DNA of 27,076 bases from a bacterium (lineage in GTDB: Bacteria; Hydrothermota; 32-111). Both the position numbers and the translations under genes were made by a program. Each line of letters starts with the position of its first letter. Positions within the stretch are counted from its first letter, which is position 1. Of the stretch, positions 18,077-26,029 are shown one piece after another. The notes beneath the pieces are model-generated. The model was not told the origin of the DNA, ran no database searches, and worked only from the letters and a program-made list of their open reading frames with translations. The stretch covers positions 1 through 27,076 of the forward strand of contig JAWOBN010000056.1 in the NCBI GenBank assembly GCA_046484245.1, in the 5' to 3' direction.

Positions 18077-19116
18077 TGGGCAGGATAAAGATCGCACTTG
18101 TCGGATGCGGCAGGATATCAAAGAGGCATTTTGAAGTAATAGAAGAATTGAGTGATGATCTTGAATTGATAGCAGTATGCGATATAGATGAAGATAAAGC
18201 CCGTCAGGCAGGCAAACAGTACAATGCAGCAGTTTATACGGATTACTCCAAAATGCTGGATGAGACATTTCCTGAAATCATATCAATATGCACACCATCA
18301 GGCCTGCATGCAAGGCAGGGCATAATGGCAAGTGAAAGGGGAGTAGATGTCATTGTTGAAAAACCAATGGCAATAAGCCTCAAGGATGCGGATGATCTTA
18401 TTAAAAGCTGCGACAGTAATAATGTAAAATTATATGTAGTAAAACAGAACAGATTGAATTCCAGTATTCAGATGCTGAAGAGAGCTGTTGACAAGAATCG
18501 TTTCGGTCCATTGTATTTTGTCAATACAACTGTCTTCTGGCAGAGGCCTCAGAGTTACTATGACCTTGCTGACTGGAGAGGCACATGGGAATTTGACGGC
18601 GGTTCTTTTATGAATCAGGCATCCCATTATATTGATCTTATTTCCTGGCTGTCAGGCCCTGTTGATTATGTGATGAGTGTTACGGGAACACTTGCCAGGG
18701 ATATTGAAGCAGAAGACACGGGAGCTGCAGTATTGAAGTTCAGAAATGGCGCAATAGGGGTTATACAGGTTACAATGCTCACCTACCCGAAGAATCTTGA
18801 GGGTTCAATAACAATGATAGGTGAAAAGGGTACTGTCAAGATAGGCGGTACTGCTGTCAATAGAATTGAAGAGTGGGAATTTGAAGAGTATGATGATGAT
18901 GACAAGCTGGTTGAACAGGCGAATTACAATCCACCCAATGTTTACGGTTACGGTCATCTGGGATACTACAGGCAGGTAATAAAGGATTTGAAGCAGGAGT
19001 CCAATACATCCATAGACGGCAGGGCAGGCAGAAAATCACTTGAACTCATACTTGCCATATACAAATCAGCGAAAACAGGAAAGCGCATATCCCTGCCTCT
19101 CAATTACCCTGTTTAG
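18076..19116 (+). CDS. Gfo/Idh/MocA oxidoreductase, WlbA/WbpB-like UDP-GlcNAcA 3-dehydrogenase
   Basis: 'VGCGRIS..H', 'TPSGLH', 'EKPMA', 'VVKQNR', 'WQRPQSYY...WRGTWEFDGG.FMNQASHY', 'PPNVYGYGH'. Confidence 0.82.
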   Translation: MGRIKIALVGCGRISKRHFEVIEELSDDLELIAVCDIDEDKARQAGKQYNAAVYTDYSKMLDETFPEIISICTPSGLHARQGIMASERGVDVIVEKPMAISLKDADDLIKSCDSNNVKLYVVKQNRLNSSIQMLKRAVDKNRFGPLYFVNTTVFWQRPQSYYDLADWRGTWEFDGGSFMNQASHYIDLISWLSGPVDYVMSVTGTLARDIEAEDTGAAVLKFRNGAIGVIQVTMLTYPKNLEGSITMIGEKGTVKIGGTAVNRIEEWEFEEYDDDDKLVEQANYNPPNVYGYGHLGYYRQVIKDLKQESNTSIDGRAGRKSLELILAIYKSAKTGKRISLPLNYPV

Positions 19117-19126
19117 GAAGGATTAT

Positions 19127-20278
19127 ATGAAAGTACCTTTGTCAGGAGCTTGGATAAGCAGTAAGGAGAAAGAGTATGTTCTGGAAGTCCTTGATTCCGG
19201 CATTCTTTCAATGGGCAGATTCACCCGTGCTTTTGAAGATCAGATGGCTCAATTTACCGGAAGGCAGCATGCCATTGCAGTGTCATCAGGAACAGCAGGA
19301 CTGTTCCTCGTATTGAAATCACTGGGAATAGGCAGCAATGATGAGATAATCACTACACCCTTCTCCTTTATTTCATCAGCCAATGTGATAATACATGCTG
19401 ACGGTGTGCCTGTTTTTGCTGATATCAGTGATGAGACACTCTGTATAGACCCTGATAAAATAGAAGAACTCATTGCAGAGAATTACACAGAGACCTCAGA
19501 CGGACTGAAGAATAAAGAGACAGGCAGGATGCTCAAGGGAATACTCCCTGTGGATATTTTCGGAGTAATGCCTGATTATGAGAGGATTAATAAAATTGCA
19601 GAGGACAATGGACTGTTTATCCTTGAGGACAGTTGTGAGGCATTGGGAAGCGAATACAAGCAGTTTAGAGCAGGGAGCATGGGCATTGCTTCTGTTCTGG
19701 CATTCTATCCCAATAAACAGATCACAACAGGAGAGGGCGGCATAATACTCACTGATGACAGCACAATTGCCCGGACATGCAGTGCACTGAGGAATCAGGG
19801 AAGAAGCAGTATGGATCTCTGGCTTGACCATTCACTGCTCGGATATAATTTCAGAACAGATGAAATGTCAGCTGCTGTCGGTGTGGCTCAGATGGAGCGT
19901 ATTGAAGAAATACTTCTCAAGAGGGAGGAAGCTGCAGAGTATTATAATAGAGAATTCGGGAAGGAGCATTATATTACACTGCCTCCCATGAATCAATTCG
20001 GAAGAACAGGCTGGTTTGTATATGTGATACAGGTTGACAGTAATAAGAGAAATACGCTGATGCAATATCTCATAGACCGCAATATCGGTGTGAGGCCCTA
20101 TTTCACACCTATTCATCTTCAGAAACATTACTCCCGGACCTATGGTTATAAACCGGGGGATTATCCTGTTACTGAGAATGTTGCAGACAGAACACTGGCA
20201 ATCCCTTTCCATTCCCTCATATCCCGCAGGGAGCAGGATTATGTTATTAATACTATAAGAGAGTTTTTCAATGGTTAA
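19127..20278 (+). CDS. DegT/DnrJ/EryC1/StrS PLP-dependent sugar aminotransferase
   Basis: 'VSSGTAGL', 'EDSCEALG', 'AFYPNKQITTGEGG' (PLP Lys), 'LGYNFR'. Start placed at ATG 19127 after AAGGA. Confidence 0.92.
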   Translation: MKVPLSGAWISSKEKEYVLEVLDSGILSMGRFTRAFEDQMAQFTGRQHAIAVSSGTAGLFLVLKSLGIGSNDEIITTPFSFISSANVIIHADGVPVFADISDETLCIDPDKIEELIAENYTETSDGLKNKETGRMLKGILPVDIFGVMPDYERINKIAEDNGLFILEDSCEALGSEYKQFRAGSMGIASVLAFYPNKQITTGEGGIILTDDSTIARTCSALRNQGRSSMDLWLDHSLLGYNFRTDEMSAAVGVAQMERIEEILLKREEAAEYYNREFGKEHYITLPPMNQFGRTGWFVYVIQVDSNKRNTLMQYLIDRNIGVRPYFTPIHLQKHYSRTYGYKPGDYPVTENVADRTLAIPFHSLISRREQDYVINTIREFFNG

Positions 20279-22130
20279 GGAAGAAAGAGGCATACTTCAT
20301 CCCACATACAATAAACGGCTGATGTTCTATCTAATATCAGATATTGTGCTGTTCTTTGTTTCCATAGTCATCTCATTTGCAATAAGAATCGGTGTTAATC
20401 AATTATCGGATGTGATAAATGAGATCATTATTATATTCGTTATACTGACAATACTGAGAATACTGTTCTTTTCTCTATGCAGATTATATACAATAACGTG
20501 GAAATATTATTCAATAAAGGATGCCATTACAAACACCATTGCCCTCTTCTGCGCACAGATACTGGGCACCATTATCATTATTTTTTTCCTATACAACAGG
20601 ATGGAGACAATTATCATACCGCGCTCTGTATTCTTTCTTGATTTCTTCATAACCCTGTTCTTCACAGTGGGACTGAGATCGTCAAAACGTCTCTTCCTCC
20701 TTTATTTCAATACAGGACAGGCTTCAGAGAACAATGTAATTATTTACGGTGCAGGAGACGGCGGTGAACAGATTCTAAGGGATATTCAGAAAGGCAAATC
20801 AATCTATAATCCTGTGGCAATAATTGATGATGATAAGAGCAAGCTTCATTCAAGAATACACGGTGTCCTGGTGCAGGGTGATATTCACAGTATAGGGAGA
20901 TTGTCCGAAAAATATAATGCCAGAACAGTTATTATTGCAATCCCGTCAATGCGGAAAAACAGGCTCCAATGGGTATATGACTATCTTTCGGACAAGAATA
21001 TCAAGGACATAAAGATTCTGCCGCCAATAGATGAGGTGCTCGGTGAACAGATAACAGTGAAGAATCTCAAATCACTGGACATTACGGATCTTATTGGCCG
21101 TGAAATTGTGGATATTGATATGGGATTACTGGGGAATTATCTGGAGAATAAAACTATTCTTGTTACAGGTGCAGGCGGTTCCATAGGCAGTGAACTGGTA
21201 AATCAGATTGCCCGGTTCAATATTGACAAGCTTATTGCACTGGATATTGATGAAACGGAATTGTTCTATCTGAAGAATGACATGCTTGAAAAACATAATA
21301 AGAATATTATTACCTATCTCTGTGATATCAAGGACAGGGATAGTCTGGGAGACCTGTTCAGAAGGTATTCCATTGACATTATCTATCATGCTGCTGCACT
21401 GAAGCATGTGCCTATATGCGAGGAATTCCCCAATGAAGCTGTAAAGACAAATATACTAGGCACATACAATGTGCTCATTGAATGTGATAATCAGGTTGAG
21501 CGGTTCATACTCATTTCAACTGACAAAGCGGTCAATCCTACTTCAATAATGGGCGGGACAAAACGCATATGTGAATGCATGATTCAGGCATTTTCTGGTG
21601 CTTCCCGGACAAAATTCACTGCTGTCCGTTTCGGCAATGTGCTCGGGTCCAGGGGCAGTGTAATACCCATTTTCAAGAATCAGATTGAGTCCGGGGGACC
21701 TGTTACAGTCACACATCCTGAAATGAGACGTTACTTCATGACAATACCGGAAGCAGTGCTGCTTGTCATTGAAGCAGGCGGTGTTGCCCGCGGGGGCGAG
21801 GTGTTCATACTTGACATGGGGGAACCTGTATATATCAAGGATATTGCAGAGAGAATGATAAAGATGTACGATTTGGAGCCGTATGAGGATATTGATATCA
21901 TATACTCAGGCAAAAGACCCGGGGAGAAGCTGTTTGAAGAACTCCTTATTGCTGAAGAGGGTTCATCCAAAACAAGATTTGACAAGATATTTAAAGCCAA
22001 TACTTCCGATATACCTGATAAGAAGACAATGGAGAGGATTATTGAGGAATTCAGGGGTATTAAATCATACGGTGATATAACCCGCCTGCTCAAAAACAGT
22101 ATCAAGACCTTCAATAATGAAAAGAACTGA
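20271..22130 (+). CDS. Membrane-anchored UDP-GlcNAc 4,6-dehydratase (PglF/CapD/WbpM family)
   Basis: Four N-terminal TM segments, 'IYGAGDGG', 'TGAGGSIGSEL', 'HAAALKHVP', 'STDKAVNPTSIMGGTK', 'RFGNVLGSRGSV', 'RPGEKLFEEL'. Confidence 0.92.
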   Translation: MVKEERGILHPTYNKRLMFYLISDIVLFFVSIVISFAIRIGVNQLSDVINEIIIIFVILTILRILFFSLCRLYTITWKYYSIKDAITNTIALFCAQILGTIIIIFFLYNRMETIIIPRSVFFLDFFITLFFTVGLRSSKRLFLLYFNTGQASENNVIIYGAGDGGEQILRDIQKGKSIYNPVAIIDDDKSKLHSRIHGVLVQGDIHSIGRLSEKYNARTVIIAIPSMRKNRLQWVYDYLSDKNIKDIKILPPIDEVLGEQITVKNLKSLDITDLIGREIVDIDMGLLGNYLENKTILVTGAGGSIGSELVNQIARFNIDKLIALDIDETELFYLKNDMLEKHNKNIITYLCDIKDRDSLGDLFRRYSIDIIYHAAALKHVPICEEFPNEAVKTNILGTYNVLIECDNQVERFILISTDKAVNPTSIMGGTKRICECMIQAFSGASRTKFTAVRFGNVLGSRGSVIPIFKNQIESGGPVTVTHPEMRRYFMTIPEAVLLVIEAGGVARGGEVFILDMGEPVYIKDIAERMIKMYDLEPYEDIDIIYSGKRPGEKLFEELLIAEEGSSKTRFDKIFKANTSDIPDKKTMERIIEEFRGIKSYGDITRLLKNSIKTFNNEKN

Positions 22131-23910
22131 TATACTCGGGCTCTCCGCATTCTATCATGACAGTGCTCTCTGCTATATAAGGGGCACAAATGTGATTGCG
22201 GCAATGGAGGAAGAGAGATTTTCCCGCATAAAGCATGACAATTCCTTTCCGGACAATACTCTGCATGTAATGAAAGAAAGATTCGGATTGGATACCCATA
22301 AACTCAGATATGTTGTTTTCTATGAGAAACCCATACTTAAATTTGAGAGGATTATATCCAATCTCATAGGCATTGCTCCCGGAGGATTCCCATTTGCATT
22401 GAAATCCCTGCCTCTTACATTGAGCAAGAAGCTCTTCATCTCATCCATAATAAGGAAGAAGATTGAAGGGGACTATAAGCTGCTCTTTGTACCCCATCAT
22501 ATATCCCACGTGGTTGCCGGTTTTGTTCCCTCTCACTTTGACAGTGCCGCTTTTATGATAAATGATGCTGTCGGTGAATGGGATACTACAACACTGGGGG
22601 CAATTGATAAAAAGAGTATTAAGATTAATGAAGGTATTGATTATCCTCATTCATTGGGCATGTTCTATTCAGCATTCACATATTTTGCGGGTTTCAGGGT
22701 CAATTCAGGTGAATATAAATTCATGGGACTTGCCCCATACGGTAAACCTCTTTACAGGGATATTATCAGGGACAATATTATTGATATAAGAGACAATGGC
22801 TCTTATGCACTGAATCTTGATTATTTCAATTATCTTCACGGCAGCAGTATGTGCGGCAGAAAGATGGAGAATCTCCTCGGCATGAAGATAAGAAAACCCA
22901 ATGACCCGATAACTGCGCAGTATGCAGACCTTGCTGCATCTGTTCAATCTGTTCTTGAGGAAGTGCTCATAAAAATGGCACGTTATCTGAGACAGTCAAC
23001 AGGTGAGAAAAACCTTGTTCTGGGCGGCGGTATTGCACTGAATTGTGTTGCAAATTCCCGCATAATCAGTGAGAGCGGTTTTGAGAATGTCTTCATTCAG
23101 CCTGCTTCAGGTGATTCCGGCGGTGCAATGGGAGCAGGCCTCTATGCAGCACGCTATATTAAAAACATGGATATGGAGAGTGTGCAGAATTATTCATATC
23201 TCGGTACAAGTTATTCAGACAGGGAGATTGAAAATGCGCTCCGTCAATTGAATGGCGTGTATGAAAGTGTCCAGGACCCTTCTGTCAAAGCAGCTGAACT
23301 CATTGAGAGAGGCAATATTGTCGGCTGGTTCAATGGGAGAATGGAATACGGTCCGCGCGCACTCGGTTCACGGAGTATTCTTGCAGACCCCCGGGACAGC
23401 AGTATGCAGAAAAAACTCAATCTGAAGATAAAATTCAGGGAATCATTCAGGCCATTTGCCCCGTCTGTTATGGAGGAGTATCATAATGAGTACTTTGAGG
23501 AGGAATTCTATACACCCTACATGCTTACAGTATCAACACTGAGAAAGAAATACAGGAATACTGACAGGCATATTACACATGATTTTGAAATACTCTCCAA
23601 GGGTATTGCAGAAGTTCCCGCTGTTGTGCATGCGGATTTCTCTTCAAGGGTCCAGACAGTCAGCAGGCGGCAGAATCCCCCCTATTACAGAATTATTGAG
23701 GCATTCCGTGAAAGAACGGGCGTTCCGATGATTATCAACACATCATTCAATGTCCGGGGGCAGCCTATTGTGGAATCACCGGCAGATGCATTCAAGGTAT
23801 TCATGAAGACAGACATGGATATACTTATAATCGGCAGTTATATCCTTTATAAGGATAAACAGACTACAGACAGACAGTCAATAAGGATTGAAAATGTCAT
23901 TGAAGATTAG
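22117..23910 (+). CDS. Carbamoyltransferase, NodU/CmcH/SxtI family
   Basis: 'AFYHDSA', 'EEERFSRIKHD', 'HHISH', 'GEYKFMGLAPYG', 'GGIALNCVAN', 'EYGPRALGSRSILADP', 'KFRESFRPFAP', 'NTSFN'. Confidence 0.93.
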   Translation: MKRTDILGLSAFYHDSALCYIRGTNVIAAMEEERFSRIKHDNSFPDNTLHVMKERFGLDTHKLRYVVFYEKPILKFERIISNLIGIAPGGFPFALKSLPLTLSKKLFISSIIRKKIEGDYKLLFVPHHISHVVAGFVPSHFDSAAFMINDAVGEWDTTTLGAIDKKSIKINEGIDYPHSLGMFYSAFTYFAGFRVNSGEYKFMGLAPYGKPLYRDIIRDNIIDIRDNGSYALNLDYFNYLHGSSMCGRKMENLLGMKIRKPNDPITAQYADLAASVQSVLEEVLIKMARYLRQSTGEKNLVLGGGIALNCVANSRIISESGFENVFIQPASGDSGGAMGAGLYAARYIKNMDMESVQNYSYLGTSYSDREIENALRQLNGVYESVQDPSVKAAELIERGNIVGWFNGRMEYGPRALGSRSILADPRDSSMQKKLNLKIKFRESFRPFAPSVMEEYHNEYFEEEFYTPYMLTVSTLRKKYRNTDRHITHDFEILSKGIAEVPAVVHADFSSRVQTVSRRQNPPYYRIIEAFRERTGVPMIINTSFNVRGQPIVESPADAFKVFMKTDMDILIIGSYILYKDKQTTDRQSIRIENVIED

Positions 23911-24274
23911 ATTATTGAGGGCAATGCGCTCATCACTTGTATTTATTATACCGGGCATTGTTTTTCTGATAAGAGACAATACTGCAGGCGCCTATCTTCT
24001 TTCAGCAGGCATTGCAGAGATTATTCTCGGTACAATTATACCCCAGGTTGCAGTGTTTATTGAATTTCTTGCAGGCAAGGTAATTGAATGCCTGAAACTG
24101 ATTATCAATATTCTCATTACAGGTCTCTTGCAGATCATCATATTCCCCATTATAAGGCTCATTGGTGCAATGTTCGGCAAATATTTCCTTGATAAAAGCC
24201 CCCGATTGAAGGATGATTCCTACTATAAATCAAAGGACAATGACTGGAAGGAGAGTATTGAAGAGCCCTTCTGA
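23894..24274 (+). CDS. SxtJ-like small membrane protein
   Basis: Hydrophobic helices and C-terminal 'DSYYKSK...IEEPF'. Lies between the carbamoyltransferase and DUF5989 genes. ATG 23894 follows AAGGA. Confidence 0.65.
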   Translation: MSLKIRLLRAMRSSLVFIIPGIVFLIRDNTAGAYLLSAGIAEIILGTIIPQVAVFIEFLAGKVIECLKLIINILITGLLQIIIFPIIRLIGAMFGKYFLDKSPRLKDDSYYKSKDNDWKESIEEPF

Positions 24275-24289
24275 TAGTTATAGTGTCCA

Positions 24290-24317
24290 TTGAGTAAATT
24301 GAATTAATCAGTATAAT
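24290..24317 (+). promoter_or_regulatory. Sigma70-type promoter, leaderless
   Basis: TTGAGT (24290-24295), 16 bp, TATAAT (24312-24317), 6 nt, ATG 24324. Confidence 0.6.
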
Positions 24318-24323
24318 ATTGAT

Positions 24324-24485
24324 ATGAAAGAAAGAATCAAGACAATAAAATCACTCTTCAGATTCATTATGAAGAGGAAGAAGTACTGGCTCTTCCCTGT
24401 TGTGGTAATACTGCTTCTTCTGGGATTGCTGCTCTTTGTGTTTTCCAGTAGTGCTGTAACACCCTTCATATACACCATATTCTAA
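24324..24485 (+). CDS. DUF5989/SxtK-like 53-aa membrane protein (absent from ORF track)
   Basis: MKERIKTIKSLFRFIMKRKKYWLFPVVVILLLLGLLLFVFSSSAVTPFIYTIF, with the family signature RKKxWLxP...PFIYTxF. Confidence 0.88.
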   Translation: MKERIKTIKSLFRFIMKRKKYWLFPVVVILLLLGLLLFVFSSSAVTPFIYTIF

Positions 24486-24535
24486 TCAATGCCTTCACTA
24501 AAAATATGATTTACTGATTTTGTGAAAAGTTTGAA

Positions 24536-24551
24536 TTGCCGGGACCGGCAA
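24536..24551 (-). terminator. Possible terminator hairpin between convergent genes
   Basis: TTGCCG-GGAC-CGGCAA, 3 nt past the GNAT stop, with only a weak U-tract. Confidence 0.35.
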
Positions 24552-24554
24552 GAA

Positions 24555-25307
24555 TCAGTCTGCAGTAAGTCCTTTGATGATATTGACTGATTCTCCTATA
24601 CTGCGTGTACTGATAAGGAGGGGAATATTGTCAAAGAAAACACCGAAATTGCCGTTCTCTTTCATGTCTTTTTCTGATTCAATGAAGTTTTCCTGGATTT
24701 CAATGCCGGGTATTTCCTTCTTCACAATATCAACCAGCTCCCTGTACTTCATAATAAGAACAGGACATAGGGGACTGTAATTTATTTTGAGGTAATTGCC
24801 GTCATCATCCCTTCGCGGTTTAAGATCTATTATCTTGTAATCAATGTCACTGTCTGAAAATGATTTCATATATATCTGATTGATTCCATCATCAAAGATC
24901 TCCCTGTACTGCTTATCTGAGTAGAAAGAGAATTGATTCCCGCTTATCTGGGTTGTCTGGGCAAAGAGGACATGTATATTCCTCTCATTCATATCATTCT
25001 CAATATAATCAATGAGCAGTGTACCCAGATCGCGGTTCCTGTACTGTGGGGCTATGTATATACAGTTAATGAACATACCCCTGTCTGCTTTTACCGGCGA
25101 AAAGGGAAGTGCAGCAGGAACAAGAACAGAGTGTCCCACCGGCTTGGAGTCAAATGTTATACCGTATGCCTCAAAACCCGAATCAAGATGCTGTATGAGG
25201 AAATCATTGGCAATTGTATGGCATTCACTGCCCCAGATATCATTCTCACCTGCGCATGAGAATGCCAGACCTATATTTTTCTCATTGAGCTTCTCTATCT
25301 TTATCAT
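24555..25307 (-). CDS. GNAT-family N-acetyltransferase with C-terminal YoaP-like extension
   Basis: 'FINCIYIAPQYRNRDLGTLLI' (motif A), 'FYSDKQY', C-terminal 'YSPLCP'. Confidence 0.75.
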   Translation of the reverse strand: MIKIEKLNEKNIGLAFSCAGENDIWGSECHTIANDFLIQHLDSGFEAYGITFDSKPVGHSVLVPAALPFSPVKADRGMFINCIYIAPQYRNRDLGTLLIDYIENDMNERNIHVLFAQTTQISGNQFSFYSDKQYREIFDDGINQIYMKSFSDSDIDYKIIDLKPRRDDDGNYLKINYSPLCPVLIMKYRELVDIVKKEIPGIEIQENFIESEKDMKENGNFGVFFDNIPLLISTRSIGESVNIIKGLTAD

Positions 25308-25313
25308 ACAAAT

Positions 25314-25341
25314 AATATAATCAATTAGAATGATAATTCAA
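25314..25341 (-). promoter_or_regulatory. Sigma70-type promoter, leaderless
   Basis: Minus strand TTGAAT (25341-25336), 16 bp, TATATT (25319-25314), 6 nt, ATG 25307. Confidence 0.55.
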
Positions 25342-25377
25342 GTGCTGATTTAGATGTAGATGCTTAAAAACAAATAT

Positions 25378-25535
25378 TCCAATTCCCGGGGACAGCCCTT
25401 GCGATTTGAGCAATTTGACAAAAATATATAATTATAAGTAATTAAATAATAGGACTTATAGTAAAGACCAATGTAAATTAATAAATAGCGGGATAGAAAT
25501 TGCTTGAATCGCAAGGGCTGTCCCCGGGAATTGGA
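25378..25535. repeat. 39-bp inverted repeat pair around an 80-bp AT-rich spacer (REPIN/MITE-like)
   Basis: Left arm TCCAATTCCCGGGGACAGCCCTTGCGATTTGAGCAATTT (25378-25416). Right arm 25497-25535 is its reverse complement at 37/39 positions. Confidence 0.88.
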
Positions 25536-25729
25536 GGGTGGTTTTGACAAAATAAGGGTAAAGGCACACCTGTTGCAACAGATTTACACGCAATGTGCTC
25601 ATATATTGAGACAATCTTGACCTGATATCAAGAAGAAAAAGCAGATTTATGCGGCAATGCGTACAGCAGGCATTGCAAGGCAATCCGCCGACTAATTAAT
25701 CAGGGGGGAATTTAAATTGAAATAGGATA

Positions 25730-25757
25730 TTGAAATATGATTAAATATCATTATAAT
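25730..25757 (+). promoter_or_regulatory. Sigma70-type tRNA promoter
   Basis: TTGAAA (25730-25735), 16 bp, TATAAT (25752-25757), ending 10 nt before the tRNA. Confidence 0.75.
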
Positions 25758-25767
25758 ACACTGAAAT

Positions 25768-25843
25768 CGGAGCGTGGCGCAGCCCGGCTTAGCGCACCTG
25801 CATGGGGGGCAGGGGGTCGCTGGTTCGAATCCAGTCGCTCCGA
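25768..25843 (+). tRNA. tRNA-Pro (anticodon GGG), CCA not encoded
   Basis: Acceptor CGGAGCG/CGCTCCG plus discriminator A; D stem GCGC/GCGC; anticodon stem CCTGC/GCAGG with loop ATGGGGG (GGG at 25804-25806); T arm GCTGG-TTCGAAT-CCAGT. Confidence 0.96.
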
Positions 25844-25936
25844 TTTTTATTATTCCCACTAAGAAATCACTATTCTCATATTATACTCTCATTCAATGGG
25901 TATAGGGGTACTGGACTGTGAAAGCAGAGTGCCGGA

Positions 25937-25963
25937 CACTTTAATTACATTGTAATTAAAGTG
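25937..25963. other. Perfect 27-bp AT-rich palindrome (terminator or operator)
   Basis: CACTTTAATTACA-T-TGTAATTAAAGTG. Confidence 0.6.
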
Positions 25964-25973
25964 CTATTTGCTA

Positions 25974-26001
25974 TTGATTTATTTGAATTCTAAACTATAC
26001 T
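25974..26001 (+). promoter_or_regulatory. Sigma70-type promoter of speD-speE
   Basis: TTGATT (25974-25979), 16 bp, TATACT (25996-26001). SD AGGAGG at 26019-26024. Confidence 0.6.
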
Positions 26002-26029
26002 TTTTTCAATTATTTTAAAGGAGGTGCTC

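Noticed and set aside
22117..24485. Saxitoxin biosynthesis cluster
   Set aside because: Only the I/J/K-like module is present; no sxtA, sxtG or sxtB, and the context is glycan synthesis.
25350..25683. Small ORFs 25350-25550 and 25456-25683 (minus), and a possible RAYT transposase remnant
   Set aside because: The ORFs run through the inverted repeat and AT-rich spacer, and the fragmentary peptide resemblance needs several frameshifts and is unsupported.
965..25881. Shared 12-mer CTATTCTCATAT at 965 and 25870 as possible att direct repeats
   Set aside because: 12-bp matches are expected by chance in 27 kb of AT-rich DNA, it is not part of the tRNA 3' end, and the enclosed genes are largely housekeeping.
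25895..25935. SAM-I or spermidine riboswitch upstream of speD
   Set aside because: Only superficial similarity (GGG-ACTGG...TGAAA); the P1 AUC/GAU and GCAACC core elements were not found.
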